A stretch of 64,000 nt of DNA from a virus. The stretch's first letter is position 1; each line of letters opens with the position of its first letter. The stretch covers positions 11,155 through 75,154 of the IMG/VR virus record IMGVR_UViG_3300020158_000335; one strand, written 5' to 3'. The translations under genes and the position numbers were made by a program. Below, piece after piece: positions 45,066-54,816 of this stretch. The notes beneath the pieces were generated by a model. The model was not told the origin of the DNA. It searched no databases and worked only from the letters and a program-made list of their open reading frames with translations.

Positions 45066-45162
45066 ATTATTTGGGTTATCAAATTATTAAGCGGTTCTGT
45101 CTGAAAGGATAACAAAATTTCGGTTCCGTATTGCATTTTATTAATCCTTTATATTGCTGTTT

Positions 45163-45474
45163 TCACCTCGACTGATAATAAAGAATCCGCTCCCGTATCC
45201 AAGCAGCCCCAGGGAGCTTGATTGTCACGCCCTCCGCCAAAAACTCACGCATATCATCCATTCCGGCAGCAATCATGATTATCCATTTCATATTCTCGTT
45301 GCCATACGCCCGGTATCCAGACAGCTCGGGCCGCAGTCTCTCATCCGGCTGTATCTCGTAAGCAGTCCATCCATTATTCAGGGTTTGACCGTCTCGGATT
45401 TCCCGGTACAGCTCATTTCGAACAAGCGGGTCTGTGATGTTGTACGGCGAAAGCCTTGATATTTCAGTTGCCAT
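45163..45474 (-). CDS. Baseplate wedge protein (T4 gp53 / P1 gp26-like)
   Basis: YEIQPDERLRPELSGYRAYG..WII..G.TIKLP. Confidence 0.75.
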   Translation of the reverse strand: MATEISRLSPYNITDPLVRNELYREIRDGQTLNNGWTAYEIQPDERLRPELSGYRAYGNENMKWIIMIAAGMDDMREFLAEGVTIKLPGAAWIRERILYYQSR

Positions 45475-45477
45475 TAT

Positions 45478-45918
45478 TCAAAATCCTTTATCTATCGGGA
45501 AAACCCCGTTTTGAATCATTGCATCAAACAGCTTGGTAAGAACGGTGAACACACAATTTAAACGATCATCCATACCACACCAATGAAGAGTATTGTCGAT
45601 ACGATGAGCTATCCGGCCCGCCTGGTTGATGTATGCCGTCATGATCTGCTTGTCATGCAGTGAGACTGAAAGCTTTAAACACAATTTGTTGTCAGAAGCA
45701 CACTTAACACATTGATGAGTAATCACCACGGTATGATCCAGCATTTTTACATGGATTTCACCGTCAACAACTGCAACTGTGGCCCCGTATGGATAGGGGT
45801 TATTGTCATCCTGTGCCCCAAAAAGATGAGAACAGAAATCACCCCATATCTCTTTCAATAGATTGAATTCTGTCATGATTTTATTTCTTGCCGCTGTTTT
45901 TTCGTCTTCTCTAAACAT
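45478..45918 (-). CDS. Hypothetical protein, paralogue of the upstream gene
   Basis: GGAGG RBS before ATG 45918; C-terminus LFDAMIQNGVFPID. Confidence 0.55.
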   Translation of the reverse strand: MFREDEKTAARNKIMTEFNLLKEIWGDFCSHLFGAQDDNNPYPYGATVAVVDGEIHVKMLDHTVVITHQCVKCASDNKLCLKLSVSLHDKQIMTAYINQAGRIAHRIDNTLHWCGMDDRLNCVFTVLTKLFDAMIQNGVFPIDKGF

Positions 45919-45931
45919 CGGGTTTCCTCCA

Positions 45932-46366
45932 TTATGCCTCGCAATCTGTCGGGAATACTTTTTGTTCAATCAAAGCATCGACCAGCCCACATAGTACCTG
46001 GTCAATGTTGTTTTCATCCACAAACGGCTTATCACTTGCGAATTGTTTTAACGATGCGATAGCTTTACCATTATCGTTAAAGTACGTTTCCAATAACCGA
46101 ATTTCCCCATAACGGAATATCACTTTGCCTATGAGAAAATCAGCATCGTCTCCGACTGTGATACATCGGCAATTCACATAAACTTTCTCTCCAAGCAATC
46201 GAATCGAAAAACGGTCTGCATCCATTCCGGAGATACTGGCTTTGCAAATATTTTTCTTGCAGACATTTTCCCAATACACTTGATAGCTTCCAAAAATACT
46301 TAATAATTTCAGATAACTTTTTACGATGTTCTGGGTTTTAACCGTTTTTACAAAATCACCAAACAT
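45932..46366 (-). CDS. Hypothetical protein
   Basis: AAGGAG RBS; C-terminus LVDALIEQKVFPTD. Confidence 0.55.
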   Translation of the reverse strand: MFGDFVKTVKTQNIVKSYLKLLSIFGSYQVYWENVCKKNICKASISGMDADRFSIRLLGEKVYVNCRCITVGDDADFLIGKVIFRYGEIRLLETYFNDNGKAIASLKQFASDKPFVDENNIDQVLCGLVDALIEQKVFPTDCEA

Positions 46367-46380
46367 ATTACCTTCTCCTT

Positions 46381-47037
46381 TTAAGTTCTGTGTCTGTCGT
46401 ATTCTTCCCACCACGTCGCCTTTGCTATGTCATGGCCGATTGTAATCGCCCTGAACTGCCTGAGCGGGTCGAAATCATCTTCTTCAACACCAGGCGGGCC
46501 AAACATCGCGTTAAGATACCGGTGGCTGACTGGTTCCGTCATGGCCGCCACAACACATAGCAGAATCGCACGATATCCGCCGTGAAATGCTGACCAGTCA
46601 ACGTGGTACACAGTCCTGCCCTTGTCGTCTGTCTTTTTTTCAACCCGCTGACCTTCACCACCGGTGTAAAGCTTGTATTGGTCACATGATTTGTGGAAAA
46701 TCAAATTACCGGTAGCCTGCAATGCAAAATACCAGTCCATCGCATCACAAAAGTTCGTTCTACCCTCCCATAACTCATCCAGCAGGTATTTTGTTCCATA
46801 CTGTGAGATATGATCCGTCTTTTCTTCGATCAGAACAATGAAACCTTTTTCTTTCCGGTCTTTGATTTCAGCAATCAAGTTGGACTTCCACGCTGCATCC
46901 GCCCATGGGATCAATTCAACCTGGGTGATAATCAGGTTTTCACCGTCAAAAACCGAATATGCGGTATATTTTTGACCTGATACAAGAGAGGCCGCCATGA
47001 TCCTGATTACAGATGGTTTTAATTCTTCAACAGCCAT
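46381..47037 (-). CDS. Hypothetical phage protein
   Basis: 218-aa ORF with AAGGA RBS. Confidence 0.65.
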   Translation of the reverse strand: MAVEELKPSVIRIMAASLVSGQKYTAYSVFDGENLIITQVELIPWADAAWKSNLIAEIKDRKEKGFIVLIEEKTDHISQYGTKYLLDELWEGRTNFCDAMDWYFALQATGNLIFHKSCDQYKLYTGGEGQRVEKKTDDKGRTVYHVDWSAFHGGYRAILLCVVAAMTEPVSHRYLNAMFGPPGVEEDDFDPLRQFRAITIGHDIAKATWWEEYDRHRT

Positions 47038-47052
47038 CAGAGATTATCCTTT

Positions 47053-47313
47053 TCACTGACACAATAAGGCTCGCTGCGCATCGTCCCAACGATAGCCGTC
47101 TATAACGCCGGGTTTGCATGGCAATCTTTCAAATTTTTCATAGAATTCTGATGCTTCCCGGACAAACGCTTGGATGCTGCTTGATTTCAGGTGATAAATT
47201 ATCACCTGAAGACCATCGCGTCCGGTTGTACAATCTATGGCTCTATCCTCAACCCGATAGAGTTCACCTGTCTTTTTATTTTTCCAAATTACCAAGTTAT
47301 CATCATTATTCAC
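47053..47313 (-). CDS. DUF1653-like protein
   Basis: GELYRV..A.D..VIIY..FVREASEF. Confidence 0.6.
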   Translation of the reverse strand: MNNDDNLVIWKNKKTGELYRVEDRAIDCTTGRDGLQVIIYHLKSSSIQAFVREASEFYEKFERLPCKPGVIDGYRWDDAQRALLCQ

Positions 47314-49808
47314 GCCGGTTCCCCTTCAAGTATTTTGACCGCCCATGCGGTTAAATCATCTGCATATTGGTTTTGATTATCGCCATCAGTATCAGCCGGT
47401 ACATAGTCGCACAAAAAGAAAAAGCAATGGGTGTCAAACAAATCAGGAGACTTGATACCCTGTGATTTCATTTGCTCTTTGGGCATGATTGCATACCTGC
47501 CAGCCTCATCAATTTTATACGGAATTCTGGATGCCTGGTTGACGATCTTTGTGCCGGGGCATATCCGGAACCGATCGTCAAGAATAGCCTCACGCGCTTT
47601 AACCGAGGCATAAGCCCGCTGGTTTTTATATCTCTTTCTGTCCGCGTCCGCATGTGGGGGCAGCCCCCAGTGAATTCGTTCGACAGTCACGCCCAGCTCT
47701 TCCAGCGTTAAAATCACCGTCCGGCCCGGGCCGTCTGCATCAACTGCAACAGTTATTCTGGGGTATTTCACGATTTCAGAATACATTTCCCTGGCAAAAA
47801 CCAACTCATCAGAACCAAGGGATTCTCTCATGTCAATGACTTCGATCTTGCGAGCTGCGCCATATCCCGACACCCTTGCCAATGTCCACACAGATGAATC
47901 CCGGTGAACACCTTCCGCCACGTCCGCCGTCATCACCCATCCCCAAGGCTGCTCATGCTCAATCAATACTGCCTGCGCCTGGGTACACCAGCTTTTGGGG
48001 ATCAAAAACCCAGATAGGTTATCCGGAAGACGCCCCAGTACTTTAATCTGATATTCCGGCGAGTGATGCCCGCCGTATTCAACCAATTTGTCATGGATAA
48101 ACTTTCTTGAGACAATTGGACTTTCTTCTGAATTCAGGTTGAAGGTTTTGTACAGTGATTTCAGTGAGGAAAACGCTTCTGCAAAATGCCCGACCTGCCG
48201 GGTTGGTTGGCTGAACATGGCAAAGCGGTTTTCCTCATGGGTAAGCGCTCCACGAAGTACCCCAATGATTTCGTCTTCGACACCTGACGCCTCATCCACA
48301 ATGCAGATGTAATGCCGTCTATGCTGGCCTGCAATGTTTTCAGGCGCGGCTTTCGATGCTGTTTTTGGAATGACATACCAACTGTCTTTATGTCCTTTAA
48401 CATAATATCGTTTTGTTTCCTTGATAAACCAGTCAACCATCCACGGGTATCCACGGTTGACATCCGCAATGACGGTATCCAATTCTTTCCAAACGACTGA
48501 CCGTATTTGCTCGATGTTGGTGGCTGTGATCATGGCGTTTGAGTCGTCATACGTCCGCAGGTGCCAGTCAAGTATCCAAGCGATTCCGTGAGATTTTCCG
48601 GAATTGTGAAGGATGGTAAAATCTCCGCCTAAAAAACGCTGGTTTCCATCCAAGACAAACCCATAATATAATCCCTCGCCCAACGGCTCAACTGACCTGA
48701 TCCCATAATGGAGGTTAGACCGTTGTGCGTTATCAATATGTGATGCTTTCTTTCTTTCTACTCTGTTTGGTATTTTTTCAATATTCCTGCTGATTAAAAC
48801 GATGAAGTATTCACCCCATCGTCTTGTCCCCTTATGTATGCACGATTTGTCTATTTTTTTTATTGTTGCATGGCAGCCGACAGATCGTGCCAAAAAAACT
48901 ATATTCTTGGCCAATTGCTCATTTTTTTGGGTGATCTCAAACGTCCGTTTATCTCTGCTTTCGAGATAACCGTCCGAGTCCAACAGCCCAGCAAGCAGCT
49001 CAATACGGTCATTATATGATGCTGTTAAATAATCAAATGGGATGTGTTTATTTTCTATTAAATCATAATTCTGTAAAATGGTTAACAGTGGGTTCTTGCT
49101 ACGGCCTGAACCGTTCCCGGTTATTGAATAAAGGAATCTTTCTGAATAATTAAAGTTAAGATTTGAATCTTTGCAATAATTCGCAAACGCAGTGATTATT
49201 TCATGGTCAGGGTTCGTGATATGGGTGCTACCACTATGCCCGTCTCCAAGCCAAACGCCCAAAATGTACGGTGGGATAAGGAGCTTTTTGTCATTACTGA
49301 ATTCTACTCCTGATCGTATTATCGCGTGAGTACGTTTTCTGCGGTCACTCCATTGTAGCCAATCGCGTACAACAGGATAATATCTACTTCCAGATGTTTG
49401 GGCTTTACAATGCGTTTGTGTGGCAACAAGGCAAAGAACATGACTTTCATTGAATACATGTGAAGTTCCATCCATATATTCAAACCGGTACATGGGTTCT
49501 GTCCCACGGCACAACGAAAGGACATTCCGGCATGAGCTGTCATCACCCATTATTTTATCGCCAACCATTATGTCTTGAACCGGCTTAATAGACCCGTCAA
49601 ACATAAGTATTTCAGTATTGATTCCAAAACAACCATGGCCGCTTGCAAACGCCGTCTGACTGCCCAATTCCTGGATAGCGTTAAAAATATCGTATTGCTG
49701 CCACGTCATGGGATACCTACTTAATTCCGCCACGTACCGGACAAGGTTCCCCCGGTATCTGGCGCAAAAATCATGATACCGCTTATCATTCAGGATGCTG
49801 TGTTTCAT
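47310..49808 (-). CDS. pacB: Terminase large subunit (PacB-like), intein-containing
   Basis: Spliced Walker A SGHG|SGKS, IVDEASGV, ADVAEG, KSPDLFD. Confidence 0.9.
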   Translation of the reverse strand: MKHSILNDKRYHDFCARYRGNLVRYVAELSRYPMTWQQYDIFNAIQELGSQTAFASGHGCFGINTEILMFDGSIKPVQDIMVGDKIMGDDSSCRNVLSLCRGTEPMYRFEYMDGTSHVFNESHVLCLVATQTHCKAQTSGSRYYPVVRDWLQWSDRRKRTHAIIRSGVEFSNDKKLLIPPYILGVWLGDGHSGSTHITNPDHEIITAFANYCKDSNLNFNYSERFLYSITGNGSGRSKNPLLTILQNYDLIENKHIPFDYLTASYNDRIELLAGLLDSDGYLESRDKRTFEITQKNEQLAKNIVFLARSVGCHATIKKIDKSCIHKGTRRWGEYFIVLISRNIEKIPNRVERKKASHIDNAQRSNLHYGIRSVEPLGEGLYYGFVLDGNQRFLGGDFTILHNSGKSHGIAWILDWHLRTYDDSNAMITATNIEQIRSVVWKELDTVIADVNRGYPWMVDWFIKETKRYYVKGHKDSWYVIPKTASKAAPENIAGQHRRHYICIVDEASGVEDEIIGVLRGALTHEENRFAMFSQPTRQVGHFAEAFSSLKSLYKTFNLNSEESPIVSRKFIHDKLVEYGGHHSPEYQIKVLGRLPDNLSGFLIPKSWCTQAQAVLIEHEQPWGWVMTADVAEGVHRDSSVWTLARVSGYGAARKIEVIDMRESLGSDELVFAREMYSEIVKYPRITVAVDADGPGRTVILTLEELGVTVERIHWGLPPHADADRKRYKNQRAYASVKAREAILDDRFRICPGTKIVNQASRIPYKIDEAGRYAIMPKEQMKSQGIKSPDLFDTHCFFFLCDYVPADTDGDNQNQYADDLTAWAVKILEGEPA
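48603..49631 (-). mobile_element. Intein (343 aa) with LAGLIDADG homing endonuclease
   Basis: Starts CFGINTEIL, ends TILHN followed by Ser; LGVWLGDG and LAGLLDSDG motifs. Confidence 0.92.
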
Positions 49809-49971
49809 TTATCTTGGCCATTCTACGCATGATTTCAGCATCAATAAGCATTCCGGCACCATGCAGGCGTGCGCTGGGGTCTGGATGATGTAATTTGGGA
49901 TCGACCCCAACATATTGATTCGCAAATGATTCAATTAGGTCCACGATTTCAGATATCGTCAGGATCGCCAT
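49786..49971 (-). CDS. Hypothetical protein
   Basis: GGAG RBS; overlaps the pacB start. Confidence 0.45.
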   Translation of the reverse strand: MAILTISEIVDLIESFANQYVGVDPKLHHPDPSARLHGAGMLIDAEIMRRMAKINETQHPE

Positions 49972-49972
49972 A

Positions 49973-50398
49973 TCAAACTCCCGGATACTGGTATTCTCTG
50001 AAATTGTCTTCTGATGCCAAATGCAGGAAGATAAAAAATTCTCCGATATCAGTGTTTATTCTTCCATCAGATTTTACAAAACCTTGTTCTGTAAGTTCAA
50101 GCACGTTTATAAATGCGAGTTCGTCCGGGTTTCCCATGAATACGACCATCTGACAATACAGCGTACCAGATGCACGCCGGACTACCCCGCATGAAAGCTT
50201 AATGAATACCCGGTCAAGTACCCGTAATCTTGCGGTCATCGCGTCCGCATAATCAATATAGATTAAATACTCCTGGCCACGGGTTTTTATCTTGTCGATA
50301 AATATCTGAAACGCCTTGTGGTACAGCTTGGTAGCGTCAAGAGATTCTTGAAGCCTGGCAAGTAATTTATGCTTATCTCTGCTGGTAAATTCGTTCAT
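49973..50398 (-). CDS. Hypothetical protein
   Basis: GGAGG RBS; 141 aa. Confidence 0.6.
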   Translation of the reverse strand: MNEFTSRDKHKLLARLQESLDATKLYHKAFQIFIDKIKTRGQEYLIYIDYADAMTARLRVLDRVFIKLSCGVVRRASGTLYCQMVVFMGNPDELAFINVLELTEQGFVKSDGRINTDIGEFFIFLHLASEDNFREYQYPGV

Positions 50399-50535
50399 AT
50401 CGCCTCCGGTTATAAGTTAAAAAAAACCCCGTCAGCGGGCCACGAACACGGGGTAACATTCGCAACATGGGGACAAAGGAAAAACCCACGGCCCTGAGTC
50501 GGATATGATGCCTCCGGATTCACTGGGCTGGTTGT

Positions 50536-51000
50536 TCATTTGCCCGTACTACCGTAACCATTGTTTCCACGAGTTGTTTCAGTTAAAGTTTTTGCCTCAA
50601 TCAGTCGGACATCTGTCAATTTCTGGATTACCAATTGTGCAATGGCGTCACCGCGAGCGATGATATATGGCCCTGGGATCGCCAGGCTGAGAATAACACC
50701 TATTTCTCCACGGTAGCCTGAATCTATTGTCCCTATCCCATTAACACAAAATACACCATGCCGGACAGCCAGCCCGGAGCGTGCCCGCACCTGAGCCTCG
50801 TATCCGAATGGCAGCTCAATAGCTATGCCAGTTTTCACCAGCGTTACCGTGTGCTGATTCAATATATATTGATCAACTGCGTATAAATCAAATGCCGCAT
50901 CACCAGGATATTTACGGTCAGGCATTTTTGAATTCTGATGCAGAAGTTTAACCCTTATCGGAATTGATTCATAACCTTCAACCATGTCAATTGTGGACAT
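50536..51000 (-). CDS. dut: Trimeric dUTPase
   Basis: AFDL, RARSGLA, GTIDSGYRGEI, AQLV, RGNNGYGSTG. Confidence 0.95.
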   Translation of the reverse strand: MSTIDMVEGYESIPIRVKLLHQNSKMPDRKYPGDAAFDLYAVDQYILNQHTVTLVKTGIAIELPFGYEAQVRARSGLAVRHGVFCVNGIGTIDSGYRGEIGVILSLAIPGPYIIARGDAIAQLVIQKLTDVRLIEAKTLTETTRGNNGYGSTGK

Positions 51001-51144
51001 TATAGCTTCCTTTCTCGATTTGTTTTGGCATACCATGAGCCGGTCAGATGGCTCATGGCTGCTTTATTTCATTTGCTGGTTGGTTTGGGCTTACCCTTCG
51101 GCTTTGCAGGTTTTGCTTTCTTGGCCATTAAAATCACCTCCTTT

Positions 51145-51354
51145 CTAAAGTTCATCCACCATCTGATCGAACTTTTCCCCGGTTATATTCCGATTATACA
51201 GCACAGAGAATTGCATGGCGTTCAACTGCCTAATCTTCGTGTACCGTTCATGTCCGATCCGTAAATCCCTGATTTTATCAAAGATATATGCCCTATTTGT
51301 CGTATAACAAATACCTGCGGCCTTAGAAATAATATACAAATTTTCGTCCATCAC
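51145..51354 (-). CDS. Hypothetical protein
   Basis: Coupled to the HU-like gene. Confidence 0.45.
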   Translation of the reverse strand: MMDENLYIISKAAGICYTTNRAYIFDKIRDLRIGHERYTKIRQLNAMQFSVLYNRNITGEKFDQMVDEL

Positions 51355-51605
51355 AGCCCTTTCATGCCGGACGATGGTTTGTAGCGCAACGTCGTTGACT
51401 CTGGGATGTCAATCTTTTCGCCGGTGGCAGGGTTCACGCCTTTCCTTGCTGGCCGGGTCTTCCATTGGAATGTGCCAAATCCCTTGATCGTGGTTTTATC
51501 CGATTCGACAAGAGCCGCTATTACGGCCTCCAGTACGTCTGATACTACCGATTTGGTAACCTTTGTCTTTTCTGATACTGCTGAGATCAACTCGTTTTTG
51601 GTCAT
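51351..51605 (-). CDS. HU-family DNA-binding protein
   Basis: MTKNELI..GFGTF..RKGVNPATGEKIDIP. Confidence 0.92.
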   Translation of the reverse strand: MTKNELISAVSEKTKVTKSVVSDVLEAVIAALVESDKTTIKGFGTFQWKTRPARKGVNPATGEKIDIPESTTLRYKPSSGMKGL

Positions 51606-51635
51606 AACATTTTCCTTTCTGTTGGGTTGTCGCCA

Positions 51636-52052
51636 TTATTTGGCATTGTTCACTGCTTTTTTGACGGATTTCTTTGGGCAATATTCTTCCATGTATTCGC
51701 TTTTGGTTGCCTTGTTGTGTCCAGGGTCTCTCCGGACAATTGTCCCGATATCAGTCGTGGCGATGACTGTTTTGGTCTCGTTCATGGGCAGTCTGGGCAT
51801 TTGTTTAATCGCTGCTTTGGCTGCGTTAAAAACATCATCAATAGTCGATATTGTTTTTTGTGGTGCAGTGGATACCATCACAGTTAAATGTGCGATATAG
51901 TATTCACCTGCTGGTCTTGGGTTACCTGTTAAAGAAACACGTTTTTCATCGTCAAAATTATAGCGGTCTTCAAACTGTATTTCCTCAATATAAATACCAT
52001 GTTTTTCTATCTCTGATATCTTTTCTACCATATCCGTTAGTAAGTTCTGCAT
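51636..52052 (-). CDS. Hypothetical protein
   Basis: AAGGA RBS; 138 aa. Confidence 0.55.
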   Translation of the reverse strand: MQNLLTDMVEKISEIEKHGIYIEEIQFEDRYNFDDEKRVSLTGNPRPAGEYYIAHLTVMVSTAPQKTISTIDDVFNAAKAAIKQMPRLPMNETKTVIATTDIGTIVRRDPGHNKATKSEYMEEYCPKKSVKKAVNNAK

Positions 52053-52066
52053 TACTTTCCTTTCAC

Positions 52067-52867
52067 TTATTTGTCTTCGTTGTCTGGCGCAAACGATTCT
52101 GCGCTCTTCAGCTCTTTTTTAAGTTCAATCACTTCATCCCTGCGCTTCGGCAGGAAACACTCATACTGCCACTGGACCTGCTTCAAGGCTTCGAGCGCCC
52201 GCTGATCCAGCTCGGCTAAATTGGTCATTTCAAAATTGTTGGCGATCATGACAGGCGGTGTTTTTGACAACATAATTTTCAAAGCTTCGGGCAGGTTCGC
52301 TCCCATTTTTGAGATTTCAAGCGCTGCCTGGGTGACATCGTATTCTCTGCCCTGAAGACGCGAAATAATGTCCTCCAGCCCCGTTCTGTCCTTGAGTTCA
52401 AGGATGAACGGCATGATCTCCCGAAGGGCGCGAAGTAGTTCGTTGACAGATTGATAGGCGTCTTTGACGTCTCGCATGGTCTCAGGCATGATATTTTTTT
52501 CACAACCCTGAATGATATCGAGTCGATCCATAGCAGCAACAAGGTTTGTAAGCACTTTCGCATGTACGGCAACCACACGGGCGGAGCAAACTTGCTGAAC
52601 GATTTCACTGGTTTCTGTTGGAGAGACTTCTGCAAAAATATCTGTGGTTCCTTGCGTCGTACAAATTTTTGTACGAGAGGCATCTGTACGGAATGTACGA
52701 GATGCCCGTTTTTTTGCGATACGATGAAATGCAACCCTGCACGCCTCTGATGAAGGTAAACCGTTTTGACGCGCAAATTCGGAACTGGACGTACCTGGTT
52801 TTTCTTCGAGTAATTTTTGATATACGTCATACAAATAATCCCAGTTGTGTTTCGATCCGCGTGGCAT
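52067..52867 (-). CDS. Terminase small subunit (PacA-like)
   Basis: N-terminal HNW..SEFARQNGL HTH; C-terminal ELDQRA..FLPKRRDEV; upstream of pacB; GGAGG-free start MPRGSK is tentative. Confidence 0.55.
   Translation of the reverse strand: MPRGSKHNWDYLYDVYQKLLEEKPGTSSSEFARQNGLPSSEACRVAFHRIAKKRASRTFRTDASRTKICTTQGTTDIFAEVSPTETSEIVQQVCSARVVAVHAKVLTNLVAAMDRLDIIQGCEKNIMPETMRDVKDAYQSVNELLRALREIMPFILELKDRTGLEDIISRLQGREYDVTQAALEISKMGANLPEALKIMLSKTPPVMIANNFEMTNLAELDQRALEALKQVQWQYECFLPKRRDEVIELKKELKSAESFAPDNEDK
52563..52699. repeat. Cluster of five TGTACG hexamers, candidate pac site
   Basis: At 52563, 52658 (inverted), 52670, 52685 and 52694. Confidence 0.45.
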
Positions 52868-53198
52868 ATTCCGGCTTTCTACTGCGTTTAAAAACCTCTT
52901 CGTCAATGATGTATGGCTTGAAATCAACCACACTGTGATCGTCATAAACTATTTCATACGTTTTCCATACCAACGGGCAGGCTGGGCAGCGACGGGTGCG
53001 CTTGATTGTTTCCTGGAATTTCTCTGTGTTCGTGACGTCAGAATCCCGGTGCCCACAATCACGGCAGATGGGAGCCTCTTCATACGTTCGCCAAGCCATC
53101 CCGCATTGCTGACATGCCCGGACCCGTCTGATTGTTGATTGATATTTTTGTGTGTGGATGATGCTTGACTCGGTGTTGAAGCAAAAAGGGCATTGCAT
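52827..53198 (-). CDS. Tandem NrdR-like Zn-ribbon protein, possible transcription regulator
   Basis: Two copies of CxxC..S....T....I.R.R.CxxC...W.TYE; GGGAG RBS. Confidence 0.7.
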   Translation of the reverse strand: MQCPFCFNTESSIIHTQKYQSTIRRVRACQQCGMAWRTYEEAPICRDCGHRDSDVTNTEKFQETIKRTRRCPACPLVWKTYEIVYDDHSVVDFKPYIIDEEVFKRSRKPEYATRIETQLGLFV

Positions 53199-53899
53199 AC
53201 ACAAACTCCCATTAATTTTGTACCGCCATTGTGATATCGTCCGATCTGATGGACAATAATTTGTCGAGTGAACAACATAAAAATTCACTACAAATCGTGG
53301 TTTCATAATCTATGCTGATTGCCTCAGCGTCAATATACCCGTCAATCGCAGTGTAAATCTCTACGGGCGGCGTTTGGATCGTTGCATCATGTACGGGGGC
53401 AATGAAAAGAAAAAATGCAGCCAGAACGATTATGGACGACTTGAGTGCTTTGTGGTGGTTTTTCATTGCGATAACCAGTAATGCAGCGGGCATAATTCCA
53501 TCGAGCAATGATCTATGCCATGGAGCAGGCATTTGAAGACTGTCAGTTTCAACGGGCAGTGTTTGGCTTTTGCCAGCCAGTTATCGTATTCGATTTCTTT
53601 GAATGATTTGATGTTGTTCATTTACGCCATCCTTTCCGTTTCAATTTTTTACTGAGTATGACCCGACGAAAACCCGACATCGTAAGAATTGCACACTCCC
53701 AGGCGTCCTCCAAGGTATCGCCTTGGAACCAAAATTTCAGGGTCAAACACCATCGACGTATAAACAAGCCCATATTGATTTCCCCTTCTTGCTGTCTTTG
53801 ATTTGCCAGTATTCACCCCAGGCAAGCAGGATATTCCGGACAATGGATTCATTCACGACCATGTGTTCACCGTCCATTTCGATTATTTGACTCGTGGGT

Positions 53900-54361
53900 T
53901 CAGACATCAATCACCTCACGCAACACCAATTCTGTCCGTGGCTCAGTGCCGGGCAGTGCATAACGTTTTCGGGCGTCGATACCGACAACGAAAGAATCGT
54001 CTTGCCACACTGAGCAATGATTCAGACAGTCCATGACATGCTTCAAAAAGTTGTCTGTGTCGGGACGTATTACAGGGGCGGACGGAGCAGATGCCTTGAG
54101 GACACCGGTATTCTTGCCGGTTCCGAAATGGCTGGCGGGACGCTTCATCCAGAACACAACATTCAAGGCAACAGCGTCACTGAAATGACGTACAGCGAGT
54201 TCTTTGAGCTGTTGTCGTGCAACCATCACCCATAACTGTTCTTCATCGCCCTGGTCGCTATAGGCCCGAACGCCTTTACCGACCCTGGTGAACCGGGGGC
54301 GGTTCTTGGCGACCGGCTGTCCGGGGATCATCAGGGAGATTGTGTTTGATTCAAGGTTCAT
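53900..54361 (-). CDS. rusA: RusA-family Holliday junction resolvase
   Basis: PVAKNRPR..RPDTDNFLKHVMDCLN..WQDDSFV. Confidence 0.88.
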   Translation of the reverse strand: MNLESNTISLMIPGQPVAKNRPRFTRVGKGVRAYSDQGDEEQLWVMVARQQLKELAVRHFSDAVALNVVFWMKRPASHFGTGKNTGVLKASAPSAPVIRPDTDNFLKHVMDCLNHCSVWQDDSFVVGIDARKRYALPGTEPRTELVLREVIDV

Positions 54362-54378
54362 CTGTGTTTTTCCTTTGA

Positions 54379-54807
54379 TCAAAACGGGATGTCATCTTCG
54401 AGAGCCGGTGGTCTGTAAGCATTGCCGTCGTTCCCGCCGCCATTGCTGCCGCCGTTCCCAGACCCAGGTCCGTCGCTTTTGCTGTCGAGCATCTGGAAGT
54501 CAGAGCAGATAATCTCTGAGATATATCGCTTTTGTCCGTCTTTCTCGTATTCACGGTTTTGGATTTTACCCTCAAGATGAATTCGTGAGCCTTTTTTCAA
54601 ATATTTGCCTGCTATTTCAGCGAGTTTTCGATAAATTACAATGTTGTGCCAGGTAGTCCGCTCCTGTTTGTTGCCGGATTTATCTTTCCACGATTCGCCT
54701 GTTGCGACCGAGAAAGAGCAGACTGTATCGCCGTTTGGCAGGGTTTTGGTCTCGGGGTCTCTCCCGAGTCGGCAGATCAAAAATGCTTTGTTGAGGTCAT
54801 TCGCCAT
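54379..54807 (-). CDS. ssb: Single-stranded DNA-binding protein
   Basis: LGRDPE..TTWHNIV..KKGS..DDIPF tail. Confidence 0.95.
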   Translation of the reverse strand: MANDLNKAFLICRLGRDPETKTLPNGDTVCSFSVATGESWKDKSGNKQERTTWHNIVIYRKLAEIAGKYLKKGSRIHLEGKIQNREYEKDGQKRYISEIICSDFQMLDSKSDGPGSGNGGSNGGGNDGNAYRPPALEDDIPF

Positions 54808-54816
54808 TGTGTTTTT

